From Amoebophrya sp. A120 (Eukaryota; Protista; Dinoflagellata), in contig CAJINV010000030.1 of the NCBI GenBank assembly GCA_905178155.1, forward strand, positions 77,984 to 141,983: 64,000 nt of DNA, given 5' to 3'. Below are positions 24,201 to 35,700 of this stretch, one piece after another. Made by a program: the position numbers and the translations under genes. The notes below the pieces were generated by a model, which searched no databases, was not told the DNA's origin, and saw nothing but the letters and a program-made list of their open reading frames with translations. Position 1 is the stretch's first letter; every line of letters begins with the position of its first letter.

Positions 24201-25420
24201 TTCATCACGGGGACCTGTTTCTGTTTATTTCGGTATAAAGTAGTGGAAGGACACGTAGATGAAGACGCGCGACAAGCAGATCGATGTACTTCTATGAGCC
24301 GCTGCTGCTGCTACTCAAGATTTTCATAGAAAAGTTGTTTCAACATTTGCTTCAGGTAAACTGGACGTTCTTCGTTTTCCAGAGGGACGGCGACGAAGAC
24401 GCCAAGCGGGTTGGCCTGTACGCAGACTACCGTGACTTGACACTTCAAGTGCCCCACGACTCCGCGACGGTGTGGGGGACCATCCAAACGCTTTACACCA
24501 AAATCAAGCACCGCGAGTGGCGGCTGTTCAACCCGATGCAGTTCGAGGAGCAGACCGTGTGTAACGTGACTCTCCTGGATTCCACGCCGCGCGGCAGCCG
24601 CCCGGGGCAGTGGCAGCGGCTGGAGATGGACTTCAAGGTCCCCCCCGGCGAGCCGGGCGGCGTGCGCAAGAACTTCCGCCGTGATAAGCATTGCAAACTT
24701 CGTCCCTGGATGTCCCGAAGGATGCAAGAAACCTGTGATGCGGATTTTCGAACAAGTGAAAATCTGTGTTGCGCAGGCAGCAACAGGTGTCCGATTTTTG
24801 TCTTCATCACGCGAATGCATTTCTAATGTGCGGACTAGGCATGGAGTTGGAGTAGATGGCTTCTCCAGGGAATTTGTCATGCTCTGTGCGCATTTTGGAA
24901 AGAAAAAGACCTTCTTCCAGATGGAAAAACAAAAACGATCACATGACGAGTTAGAGTTAAAGTTTCTGTGCTCTTCTTGCCGACCTCCTTCCAGCAGACA
25001 TAGTATTTGTATTGCATACTTGATCTCGATGAACAGACGGAGATGGAAAACCTGCTGAAGGTGAACATCCACCAGGACGCCGAGACCCTTTGGCGGATCG
25101 ACATTCGCATGGACAACCGGAAGGCGGGCAAAAGCAACTCCGAATTCGAGGCCGTTGCGTGGATGACCCGGTTCGAGATTGCGATGCGAGATTGCTTTCG
25201 CGCCCTGGTCTGCGACCCTGCGATGCCGGTCCACAAGGTGTACAGCCGCGTCGAGTCGGAGCCCTGGTTCCAACCGCCCGAGCGGATTCCTTTGATCTGC
25301 AACGACGACGACTGGAAGTGGCGAGAGAAAAAATTTTGCGAAATGTACCGAAATTATCCTGTTGTGAAGCCCCATCCCGGCCAGTCACCCCAGCACTCAT
25401 CTGGTGAGGCCTTTCTGTAG
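12293..25420 (+). CDS. Multi-exon NRPS-like protein: adenylation, membrane segment, carrier (T), condensation-like domain with CCHC zinc-knuckle insertions
   Basis: A-domain motifs MTYDELVEKSNLLA, GVLCLRGEFVTPGY, YFNTND, GRDDLKVKVN|AEMIDLGEV, LPRRAGTDKVDR. Carrier motif GVLDSL at ~18322. C-domain motifs LNAALHDVLQKHPALRT, YHSVGDA (23521) and RVGLYADY. In-frame GT-AG introns at 12638-12784, 18839-19146, 21899-~22222 and 24160-24355, plus three introners. The junction near 15.73-15.99 kb and the 3' end are uncertain. Confidence 0.72.
14124..14357. mobile_element. Introner family B splitting adenylation motif A8
   Basis: TIRs TATCAAAAGTAAAAATGTCTGGGTCTGGAAG / CTTCCAGACCCAGACATTTTTACATTTGATA; perfect TSD GAACG. 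Removal gives KVKVNAEMIDLGEV. Confidence 0.95.
19318..19556. mobile_element. Introner family A
   Basis: TATCCTGTGCAAAAG...TTTTGCACTTCATA; perfect TSD CATTG. Removal joins DDDI to AAFYEANG, in frame with ORF 19681. Confidence 0.93.
24685..25018. mobile_element. Degenerate introner (B-like)
   Basis: TAAGCATTGCAAA...TTTGTATTGCATA; TSD CGTGA/CTTGA. Removal gives FRRDLDEQTEM in frame. Confidence 0.75.
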
Positions 25421-28400
25421 TCAGAACGTCGTGTCATGGCAAAATCTTATACTGTGGAGTCCTAGTTCTTAAGATCGTTTTCGTATATTTATATTCAGAA
25501 TTTGTAAAAAACCTTTTCGGCAAGGTAGTGGGTTGTGGATAAAGCTCCTTATTTTGAAAGCAGGAGCTGAAATTTCTGCTTCCTGAAAGAGGATATGAAG
25601 AAACCCCTACGAGATTATTTCTATTTAGGGTCTACTGACAAATGGGGCGGGGGCTGCTGGCGCAAACTTTTACCTCTCTTCCATAATGCCCACCTCGGGA
25701 AGCTGCAGCGAGGACTTGCGGAGTTGGGTGAAGTGAAGCGAGAGCTTGCAGCGCTGAAGGGAGCTGATGCGTCGTGATTTGAGTACTTATTCACTCGACG
25801 AAGGCACTGTATAACTCATTCATTTTGCAAAAAACCTCGAGAAAAGCTTCAACTCAGTTTCCGTCAAGAAAAAAATTGCGCATTTCTATCGGTTAAAAAC
25901 TACAAAAAAACTAACGAAAACAAGCAAAAAAACAAAAAAAAAGCGGTGCGTTTTAAAACTTATTCTTATCAGAGCATTGGTCTGCATCTGAAACGTAAAA
26001 ACGATTACCGACTAGTCACGACCGGGAGATAAAGAAAGAAATCTACCGAGGAGAATGAGGCGTGAACACAGTTCACAACAAAACGGTCATCTTATTCTTA
26101 TCTCAGCACTGGCTTTTACTTCTTCACATACGAAACTAAAAACGGCGACTCTACTTTATGCTCGTTCACAAAAAACATTCGGCGACAAACAAAAGAACTA
26201 TCGTATCAACCTCCCAAACTCTAACTCGTAGGCTTTAGAAGTTGATGCGCACTTCTCGTGTGTAAAGTACTCCGCACCTCCGCAACTGGATTCATTCGAA
26301 ATAATTTATTACGAGGTACCTGCTCTCAGCAAGAAAAGTTTACGAGTTTTCTGTGGCTTGTGAAAGTTTCTGCTAGGCAACAAAAGTCAAAAGCTACTTC
26401 ATTCTTCCTAGGTAGCGAGAAGCAAAATGAGACTTGTATCACATTTCTACTTTTAGAGCCTGATTCTTTCTTGGTTGTCGTGTATTTCTATTGGTATTAG
26501 TATGGAGCTTGTCAATGTTGATACAAAACCCTCTCAAAATTTTTTCAAACGTGTTGCCGTCTCACTCGAGGGGGCAGCGTAGGTTTGGATAAAAGTATAT
26601 TCGAAAGTATAATTTTGCGTCTAGGTCGTTAAACTGAAAAGTTCGATTTTTGGTCTTCCTACACTTCATATATATAAAACATCAAGATCTAGTACGCGTT
26701 ACCTATTACCGCTACAGCAGCACCTCGGTTTTCCGTCGCAAAAAAGTCATTACATCGCCCTCTATACTTGTGCTTTTTTTGTTCCAATTCATTGAGTTCT
26801 TGTTCTCGCGTATAGATGTGGAAAAGTCAAAAGGAAAACTAAAGAGCCAGTAATGATAGCTCCGCCAATTCTTCCCAAAAAATTAACTTTTGTTTGTTTG
26901 CAAAACCTTGAGCCAAAAGGCTTCTTGACAGACAAATTACCTCATTTTTTCAAGTGTATTGTTGCGTCTTGTGACACAAGACGCAGTAGTAATCGACACA
27001 GTGTCGATATTATGCTTCCAGGTGGGACTATTCAAATCTGCAATAGGCCAGTCGGCAAAAAACTATGCAAATCTACAAAGGAGATACAGATTACATTTTC
27101 ACCAGAAGAAGGCCCGCAATTTCATTATTGTGGTATCAATCGCAAGGACGTGCCACTGCGTCTGCGCATCATGTTGCAGTATTTTCTTTCTCGAATCTGC
27201 CATTTATTTTTATTGCCAGCTGCTATACTAATACTGGGAAACGAGAAACAACTAGCGCTCTAACCAAACAAGGTGATGAGGCAGCTTGGCGAGCTGGTCT
27301 GCAAATTGACCGATGAGGATGTGGCTGAACACTAACACATGATGTACGACAGAACAAAGGCGGAAACACTTATTCAAAATTTGTTTGACCGCATCTTCTT
27401 CCACTGTCTCTACTCTACAATTTCTTGACGTGTCTTCTTTAATATCTTTACAATGGTAACTCATTTAAGTTGTCGCCTTGTCACGGCCGCCTAGCGACAT
27501 ACTTATAGTTTGGCCTTACGCCCCTGCTCTGTTTGGCCCATTTTTTTTTTGATCGAATCATGATCGACCACATACAGAGGTCCTATTTTAGAAATCAAGT
27601 CGAAATCCCGACGCGTGCGGAAATAGCTCGTATTTTTTATAGCAAGTCAAAATCTAAAAAAGTGATATATTGAAAAGTAATAAAAGCCCACAGGGAAGTT
27701 TTCATAAAGCATTGCAGCATGGCGACCTTATCATTATAAGTGTGCACCTTCATGCTGATTCAACATCAAGATCTCAATTTCACCTCCGAAGTCCCGAGGT
27801 CGATGCTACAGATCTTTTACACATTTAGATAGTCAGCATTCCGCGCGCGCACCGATTGCCAACAATACAAAACGACCCGTGGCGAAGCGCCGCTCCGCTT
27901 TCGCGAAGGTCGCACAACTCCGAAAGTATTCGAATTACTGCACTTGCGCAGTTTGCAGGAGTAGCAGCAAAACAGCGAGCAAGGAACTGGCAGAAAGGTG
28001 CACCTCGTTTTCCCGCCGTAGGTCAGACCATCTTCCCTGTGCGACTTTCTATAGGTACGCGGTGATATGGAATGTTTCGTGCGGGTTATATTTTTATATC
28101 AACAGAACTGTGCTTTTTTTTATATCACAACTATACAAAAAAAACAAAAAACACAAAAAAAAACTTCACCATATAGAAGCTCAGACTTAGACGCTCTGCT
28201 TCACATAGACATATATCTCCGATAATGTTACCTCTTTAAGTGCTATGCCTCGGTGTAGCACCAAAAAGTTGCGAATTCAGCTTCACGTAGAATTAAGCAA
28301 CAGGAAAAATAAGTAGCAGAATGAGACTCAAAAGCACACTATGCGGAGACGACAACTAAAGTCAAAAAGATACAGTTAGTAAGATCGGAACCCGACCAAA

Positions 28401-29333
28401 TAAAATAAAGACGGAATACAACTACAACGGTCACGAAAGCTGAATCCTTTTGGTGCGATAACGACAGGCATAAGCTGATCTCGCTACAAGAGGTTGACAG
28501 GAAAAAATAGAAGCAGTCATATACAAGACACAAAAGCGACTGCTTCGATGGCGATCGTTATTTTGGCTCGTATGTATGTTCTCCGTTGTATGAGGATCGT
28601 CGTATGTAAGTCTTGTCCTCGTGTCGTGTGGTCCTCGTCGCTTTAGTGAGTGCAAAAGAGTGAAGATCTTCGAAACGGTATGTGCGAACGCATTTGCGCT
28701 AGCTCCCCGGTCTTTCGATGCAGCACCAAAACTCATTGCTATTGTTCATTGATTGATTCTCTAGTGCGCGATATGAATTCTATCGACTAAAAAGAAAAGC
28801 AAAGGACTCGACAAACCAAACGCAAAATCGAGCCCGCAGAGCAGATGAATTGCGCAACCTTATCTCATCGCGTATTGCTCGAGCCGAATTTTTATCCAGC
28901 TCGCCTTCCAGCAAGTGAAAACGTAAGTATCGGCAGCGAGGAAGCATTTATCCGTTATTTCAGGCCGCAGCAGCGTCGTGCAAGAGCAGGACCGATTCGA
29001 TATTGTCAGACGACATCAAGCGAAAAGAAGAAGAACGGTTCGTTCTAGCTCAATATTTTTAGTTCGCGATGATGTTGCGATAGGACCACAAGCAATTCGT
29101 TTCAAAGCAGGAATTCAGATCCGTCATTTAAACCCTTGATGATCTGACGCATGCAACTTTACAGAATCGTACACTAACATAGCAGGGAAATGCAAAAGAT
29201 CAGCTGCCAGGCTGTTGTTCTTATTGCGAGTCTCAGCTGACCTCGACCTAGTGCCTTGCACAGCCAGAAATCACATCCACAGCACCACCTGTTAGCATCA
29301 CTACAAGCATCATCACCACCACCCTTTCTGAAA

Positions 29334-30257
29334 ATGAAAAACTTCTCGACACGCGTGTGCAAGAAGGTGTTTTCCTCCTCCTCGACGCTCGGAGGGGCCG
29401 CTCCGAACACAGCCGGGAACTCCGCCTCAGCCCGTTTTGGATTGCATGCATTTCAAGAAGCGGCAAGCGGCCGGAGCTTCAGCACAATCACGCGGCGACT
29501 CCTGCCCTCCCGCGAGACCGGAGGCAAAATGCTGATGGGCGGAACCCTGTGGGCAGCCGGGGAGGTGCTGACGCAGCTGGTCACCACCGCGCCAGGGCTG
29601 GCGACGGCAGACACAGTAGAAGACACGGATATGAAAGCGGGCGTGGCACGCAGGACGATTGGGCTGCAGAACACAAAGAACACTGCGTCCTTTAGTACTG
29701 AAGATGGTGTTGAGGAACTCGAATTGTTGCGCGACGAGGGGTCGGAACAAGAACGCACGCTCGTACACCAGGAGGAGCTCCGCCGTGAGCTGCAAAGGGG
29801 CGGGACGACCAGTACCATTTTGTCCTCGCCAGTTTCCTTCCTCCAGAACATGAACATCGACCTCACCCGCATTGGGCACTCGTTCCTCGTTGGCGGCTGT
29901 CTGTTCACCCCGTTGGCCAATTTCTGGTACGTGCGCGCGGACAAGCTTTTCCCCGTGGCTATGGGTGCGAACGTGTGGTCGGGAATTTTGAAGAAGGTGG
30001 CCTTCGACCAGTCGGTGTTCACCCTGACCGTGCTAACGACCGTGTTCTCCGCGTTTTCCCTCCTCCAGGGCAAAACGGTGCAGGACGCCTGCAAGAAGGT
30101 GGTGCAGGAGGTGCCCTCCACCTTACCGATGAACTGGGCGGTATGGGGTCCCGTGCAGGCGTGCAACTTTCTGTTGCTGCAACCCCACCAGCGGATCTAC
30201 CTCGTCAACCTAGTCACCGTTCCCTGGACGGGGTATCTCGCCTACAAATCGAGGTGA
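29334..30257 (+). CDS. Mpv17/PMP22 family membrane protein with an N-terminal targeting-like extension
   Basis: GEVLTQL, IDLTRIGHSFLVGG, KKVAFDQSVF, NWAVWGPVQACNF, YLVNLVTVPWTGYLAY; intronless. Confidence 0.92.
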   Translation: MKNFSTRVCKKVFSSSSTLGGAAPNTAGNSASARFGLHAFQEAASGRSFSTITRRLLPSRETGGKMLMGGTLWAAGEVLTQLVTTAPGLATADTVEDTDMKAGVARRTIGLQNTKNTASFSTEDGVEELELLRDEGSEQERTLVHQEELRRELQRGGTTSTILSSPVSFLQNMNIDLTRIGHSFLVGGCLFTPLANFWYVRADKLFPVAMGANVWSGILKKVAFDQSVFTLTVLTTVFSAFSLLQGKTVQDACKKVVQEVPSTLPMNWAVWGPVQACNFLLLQPHQRIYLVNLVTVPWTGYLAYKSR

Positions 30258-30949
30258 AAAGGGTTATTGGCAGCAAGTGCGCAAGACGGATTGATTGTCA
30301 TTGTGGAAGCCGGCGCGCATAAAGAAGATTTCTATAGGGTAGAATTATTTTGTGGAGGTACTACGACGGAAACGCAAACGCAATCAAGATAAATCAGTCC
30401 TTCGCGACATCCGGGGTTTTCGAATATCAGCTATCATCCAAGCAATGCAGGTTTTGTAGCGCGTGCATTATCACAAAAGATTTTCTCCACAGAACTCTTA
30501 CTTCCACCTGAACATGCGCGCATTTTATAGCGGAGGGAACAAAGAATACTATAAGACCAAAACACCAGTTCTCGCTTGACCATGAATGCATCTTCAAGGG
30601 ATTATTGATTGATGTTCCCGATTTCTGCAAGAGACGAGTGCGAACCACTCCAACCGCAAGTCGACCAGATGTACTTCTGCTTCTAGCAACACAACAACCG
30701 ACATTCTAATATTTCCAAGATATCATGTACGCGTACGCAGAACTAACGACGTTCTAATATTTCCAAGAAGGAGCAGATTCAGATTAAAATGGTGTTGAAA
30801 ATAGCGAACGGCAGTTTTTAGCATGGTGCAGGTTCCGCTCCAAGAGAAAGTGGCGTTGTCCCCATTTGTGTTCATAAAATTTTCAGTCCTGCTTCACGCG
30901 CCTTAGAAGCGACAAGAATCGAGGAAGATCATTCACTCATTGCTAATAG

Positions 30950-32353
30950 CGTGGCGACCCCGATCGAGCACCGCGAAGAACGTAACGCCTGCCGAGGGAC
31001 TCCGCCGCCGCGCCGTGGTCGAGCGCAGACCGGCCGGCGCGGGCTTGCGCAGATCCTCGCGCGAGCGAACTCGCGCGCAGCGCCGCCCCCATCGTGCCCA
31101 GAAGCTCGCCGGCCACTCAGCGCAGCGGGAAAAGTGCCGGCGGAGGTGCCTAATCTACTCGAATGCGTACGGCCTAGAGCTCGAGAGGGAGTGCGATAGC
31201 AGGGATAGCAATCCGCAGCAAAAGCGGCGGCGGCTATAGCGGAAGAAAAGGGGTGGGCCAAGATTCTGAGATCCGTAGCCGCCCCTCCCTCCGCTTCTTC
31301 GCTCCCCCTGTCAGGTGGAGCTGCTAACTTCCGTGGAGCCGTTGGGCGCTCTGGGCGCTGCTTGTGCCACCACGGCGCACAGCGGGCAAGGATCCGAGGC
31401 GGCCTGCCCAGTTAGTGGCCGGCGCGCCTTCGTTGGGTGGAGCAGATTGATTTCCAACGAGTTGCCCAAGTCGGAGAAGAATCGCGCCGCCCTTCGGCGG
31501 TCTGGGTGCGTATCCGGGTGGCGGGCCGCCCGGAAGGGCGCGGCCTCTCGGCGGTTGGCTCGTGATGCCCGCCGCGAATGGCCACGGGAGGGCGGGCCCC
31601 CCCCCCCCGTGTTTCCAGGTCCACGCGCTGAGGCGATGGAGCACGATCGACCCCCGTCCGGAGAGGTCCGGATACCACCCCGAAGGTGGTAGCATTTGTG
31701 ACGACGTGAAGGCGGCGCTCGCCCCTGCCTTCGTGCGCGGCCCCGTCCGCGCGGCACCGTGCTGCAGCCCGGCGCTGCGACCTCATGTAGCCAGAAGCCG
31801 TCTCCGCGAGCGAAGTAGACAGCGAACGCGGCCCCAGGCACGCCGAGGGCCCTGCAAAAGTTAGCGGCATGCCCGAGGCGCGCCCGTTGCAGGCCGGCCG
31901 CCCCTCCGTCCTCCCACTCTCTTGCGGCCCTTCTGGTGGTGGCCCGCCCATGTCGGCCGGCCGGGCGTGCTTGCCCGCGCGCCGGCGCGCGCAATTGCCG
32001 GGCCGCCTGCCCGGCGCGATTGGAGTCCCAATGCCGCCCCGCGGGTCCTAGCACGCCGGCCGCTGTGGTTTCCAATCTAGAGGACCAGGCGGGCGGTGTT
32101 TTGATATTGCCGGCGCCGTGGCCATTTTTGGCTCCGCGGCTGGCCGCGACCCCAGTGGGCCCCCTAGTGCGCAGTGCCACGCACGGGTAAGTGGCTTGCG
32201 CTCCTGTAGGAAACCAGCCCGGGCGCCAGTGCCTCGCTCCTGTGATTGGATTACTAAAGTATCAAACTGCTGTGCTAGTTGGTTCTGACGCACGCGTGGC
32301 TCCGCCCCCCGTAGTCCGCCCGTCGTACCACAGGAGCTGTTCTGGTTTTTTTT
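30950..32353 (+). ncRNA. GC-rich, hairpin-dense non-coding island; possible long structured RNA of unknown class
   Basis: Sharp GC rise relative to the flanks, many perfect stems, terminal stem 32236-32244/32329-32337 followed by T8 (32346-32353), and no protein-like ORF. Confidence 0.35.
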
Positions 32354-32756
32354 GTGTGAGATCAGAGACATCGGCCGACAGCTTGTAAGGAATCTTCAAA
32401 GACAAAGTCGTATAAATCTTCCCAGCAGGCTCTGCTACTGATGTGTAGTCTGTGACTGGGTCCTTGAAATGTGAACAATTTTGACAAAAACAAAATGTAG
32501 ATTGTGTGTGCGACGATCGTCCTAGAGTGTGGCTCTTGACGCCTTAGCACTATGTAAGAATGTGTGTACTCTTGACTCTTTGATACGAGGTGAAAATGCG
32601 CGCAGTTATTGCCTCTCTTTTGAAATTTAATGTTACGTCCGCTGACAGTAGATTCGACATACTTATACCTGACCTTTCGTGCCTGCTTCCGCCATCAAAT
32701 CCCCAGCGCGCAGCTGCAGCACTAGCACATTGGCACTGGCAACGGCCGCCGAGGAG

Positions 32757-35700
32757 ATGTGCGGGCTTGACGGCGTCGGCGAGAACCGCGGCTTCGACGA
32801 TTCAAACGCGAACTCCCCCACTCCGAAGGGGCAGTCCCAATCGCAATCCCGCTTGCGGCGCTTTTTCGACGGCGACCTGGTCGGATTTCTGGATCAGGAC
32901 GGGCGGCCCTGCGTCGGCCTAATCGAGGAGGTGGTGAGCGACGGCTACACGTGGTGCGAGCGCTACGGCGAAAATTACCGGTCCAGCGGCAAGAATCTGT
33001 TTGCCTTCCGCAACTGCTGGCAGTTCCACAACTACCAGAGGCAGCTCGTGTGGTTACGCTCTGCAAAAGCACCGCACTTGTACTAAATTGCAGTCGTGCA
33101 TGACAAATCGAGCTTTCTTCCTCAACAACAATGCCATTTGTCATGCCATATTCATGACAGACGTTGTTCGCGAAAAAAAATGTATGTGCAAGTACTACCA
33201 CTGCGATTCTACTTTTGCAATGCATACCAGTACGCGTTTGCGCAGTTTCCGGCCTTCCGCAACCTGCTAGACCCCCATGCCGCGTACGCCACAGCGGCCG
33301 AGTTTCTGTGGGACAGCGACAAGAACGAGAATTACTCTTCGGGGGAAGTAGAACCCCCAGAACACAGTTCAGGAACTTTTGAAATATCTCAGGAACAACT
33401 ACATCAACAAGATGAACGACACCGCGAGGCTGAAAGCGGTCTTCGCTACGACGATGACTACAACCGCGATGATGGTGCTGACCCCACGAACTGCCGCGTC
33501 GTCGCGGGCTACTTCACACTGCTCAGGGCGTTCGAGGAGGACACTGCCTTGGTCTGCGAGCGCGACGAGCTGCTGCAGCTCGTGCGGGACAAGACGTGGT
33601 ACGTGGACGTGACCCCGAAAAACCCGGTTCTGAAACTGTGGGCCCTGCGTCGCAACGACGACTTGTGTGAGGAACTCAAGGCAATCTACGACCAGTCGCG
33701 GAAAATCGTGCTGGTGGACGAGGAGAGCGAAGATAGTACGGGAGCTCCAGAACTACATGGCTTGCCCCCGCCAGGGGTCACGCCAAAGGTATCGTGCTGG
33801 GCGCCGGGAAGGATGAGTCGCCGGGGGAAAGTAAGCTGATGAAATTTGTTGATAACGATAGTTGTATGCGAAAAAAATAGTAGTAGACAGAACCAGTAGT
33901 TAATTCATTTCCTTCGACACATTTATCACTGCTGCAAAACGTGCTTCGTTTTTTGTGCATATAGATGAGAGACCTGCTTGCTGAGGTACTGCTTTTCAAA
34001 ATGCTTTTATATTTTTTTTTACGACATATATAACAAAAAATGAAAATGCCCGGCCGATCTGCCGGCAGCCGATCCGCATCGCGAACTCTTCATTCCGGCC
34101 TGCCGTTGAGCAGCTCGTGGTAAAAAACGAATTCGAATTCGCTAAATAATTGTATAACCGAATTTTGTTCTTCTTTAGAATTAGCAAGTGTCGGTCTGGC
34201 TCCTCCTCCTCCACAGTTGTCAAACCAATTATCACCGAATTTCCCAGCTGCATACCTCATTGCCAGGGAAACCCTGACCGTCACAGTCCACAATTCTCCT
34301 CCAAGAACCTCCGGGACGAGCATAGCGGAAGAGACTGGCACTTCTACCGATTGGTGGAGCGGGTCAAGTTCGACCCAGGTTTCCTCCTTTTCCATCCAAG
34401 GTTTGAACCACAAGCAGGCCTTCAAGGAAATCAGTGCTAAATGCTGTGGCGCGAATGGGTACAACACCGTCGCAGACTTCTGGTGCCTGCGTGGTTCGGA
34501 CGCGTTCCTGATAGCCCGCCTACCGATCATGATGCGGATTTCTGGGATGCTGAACCCGTGGCCGCGCCTTGGTAATGTAGGCAGCAGCGATTGGAGGAAA
34601 GGAGAATCCAGTGGCCTGGCAGCGTTGAGTATTCGTGAGCGGGTAGTGGACAAGAACCTTGCGCCTCGAGTCGGCGATTTGCGACATGACAGCTCATCAG
34701 AACACGAGCCCGTCTTGCGAGAACTAGGACCACATCAGGATGTTGAGTACTACAGCATCGGCGCACGGGATCGGTACCTTCTGCCGAGTGCAACTGAGAT
34801 CACAGCGAACTTCCGCAGGAGCGGATCTCGACCTTGTTCCATTGCAACGACAACTAGTAGTGCTGCAGCTTCACCAGCGACACCACCACAGTATGCTACA
34901 GCTTCTTCAACCCGTGAACACAAGTGGACTGCGGTCCTCAGTGATCGTTACCGCCGCATCGTGGCCCGCTTGACGAGGCTGAAAGCGTGGAGTTCTTGGG
35001 GATTTTCATCGCCTGTTGCTCCTCCCAGCGAGAAAAGAACAGGGGATCATGACGCCGTGGACCCTCCACCACGAGGAACACCAGCGGAGATTCGGCACCA
35101 AGCCTTCCAACGCCTGCAAAGATTCGCAAAACTGCATCCGGCTGGCGCATTCCACAGCTTTATCGAGTTCTACGATGAATTGTACGAGCTGCTAGGTGTG
35201 GATCCAGATGATTTTTGTGCCGATGGGAATCGGAATCCCAACAACAAGGACAAGCGCCATACGACGAGGGAGATGAATCAGAGTGACCCAGTACTCCGGA
35301 TGGACTGTCGCCGAGACGCAATTCTTGATCCTATATTTTCGTCCCTTTTATACATTTTGTATGATAACTCAAGTCCACGGAAGCAGTATGTGACAAATTG
35401 GGTGACCGCCATCCAAACCGCGGTGTTTGTCGTTCAACCAAAATTTGACTACTGCCGCTTCCCGCGCTCGGAATTCTGCTACCTGTGTCGCCGCCACCGC
35501 TCTGTGGTGACGGAACCGCTGCGCCGACGAGGAGACCACTTCGGGTCCCGGGTCCCGACGTGCCAGGACTGCGAAGCACGGCGGCAAGAGCTATTGGTGA
35601 TAGCTGCACCAACTACGAGCGGTGCTGAGGGAAGCGCTGGCGCTTCTTCTAGTGCCAGCAGTAAATCTGGATCTGTCAATATTGCCGACGGGGACACCAC

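Noticed and set aside
12910-25400. Numerous minus-strand ORFs overlapping + strand genes
   Set aside because: They are antisense shadows of GC3-rich coding exons and carry no motifs of their own.
25800-28900. AT-rich interval with short ORFs (26853-27316) as a possible autonomous transposon
   Set aside because: No DDE/RT motif, convincing TIR or TSD. No transposase was recognised anywhere in the window.
30920-30940. GGAAGATCATT resembling the 18S rRNA 3' end / ITS1 start
   Set aside because: No 18S sequence upstream and no 5.8S or 28S motifs downstream.
32658-32672. ATACTTATACCTG resembling the U1 snRNA 5' end
   Set aside because: It has a 2-nt insertion, and no U1 stem-loops or Sm site follow.
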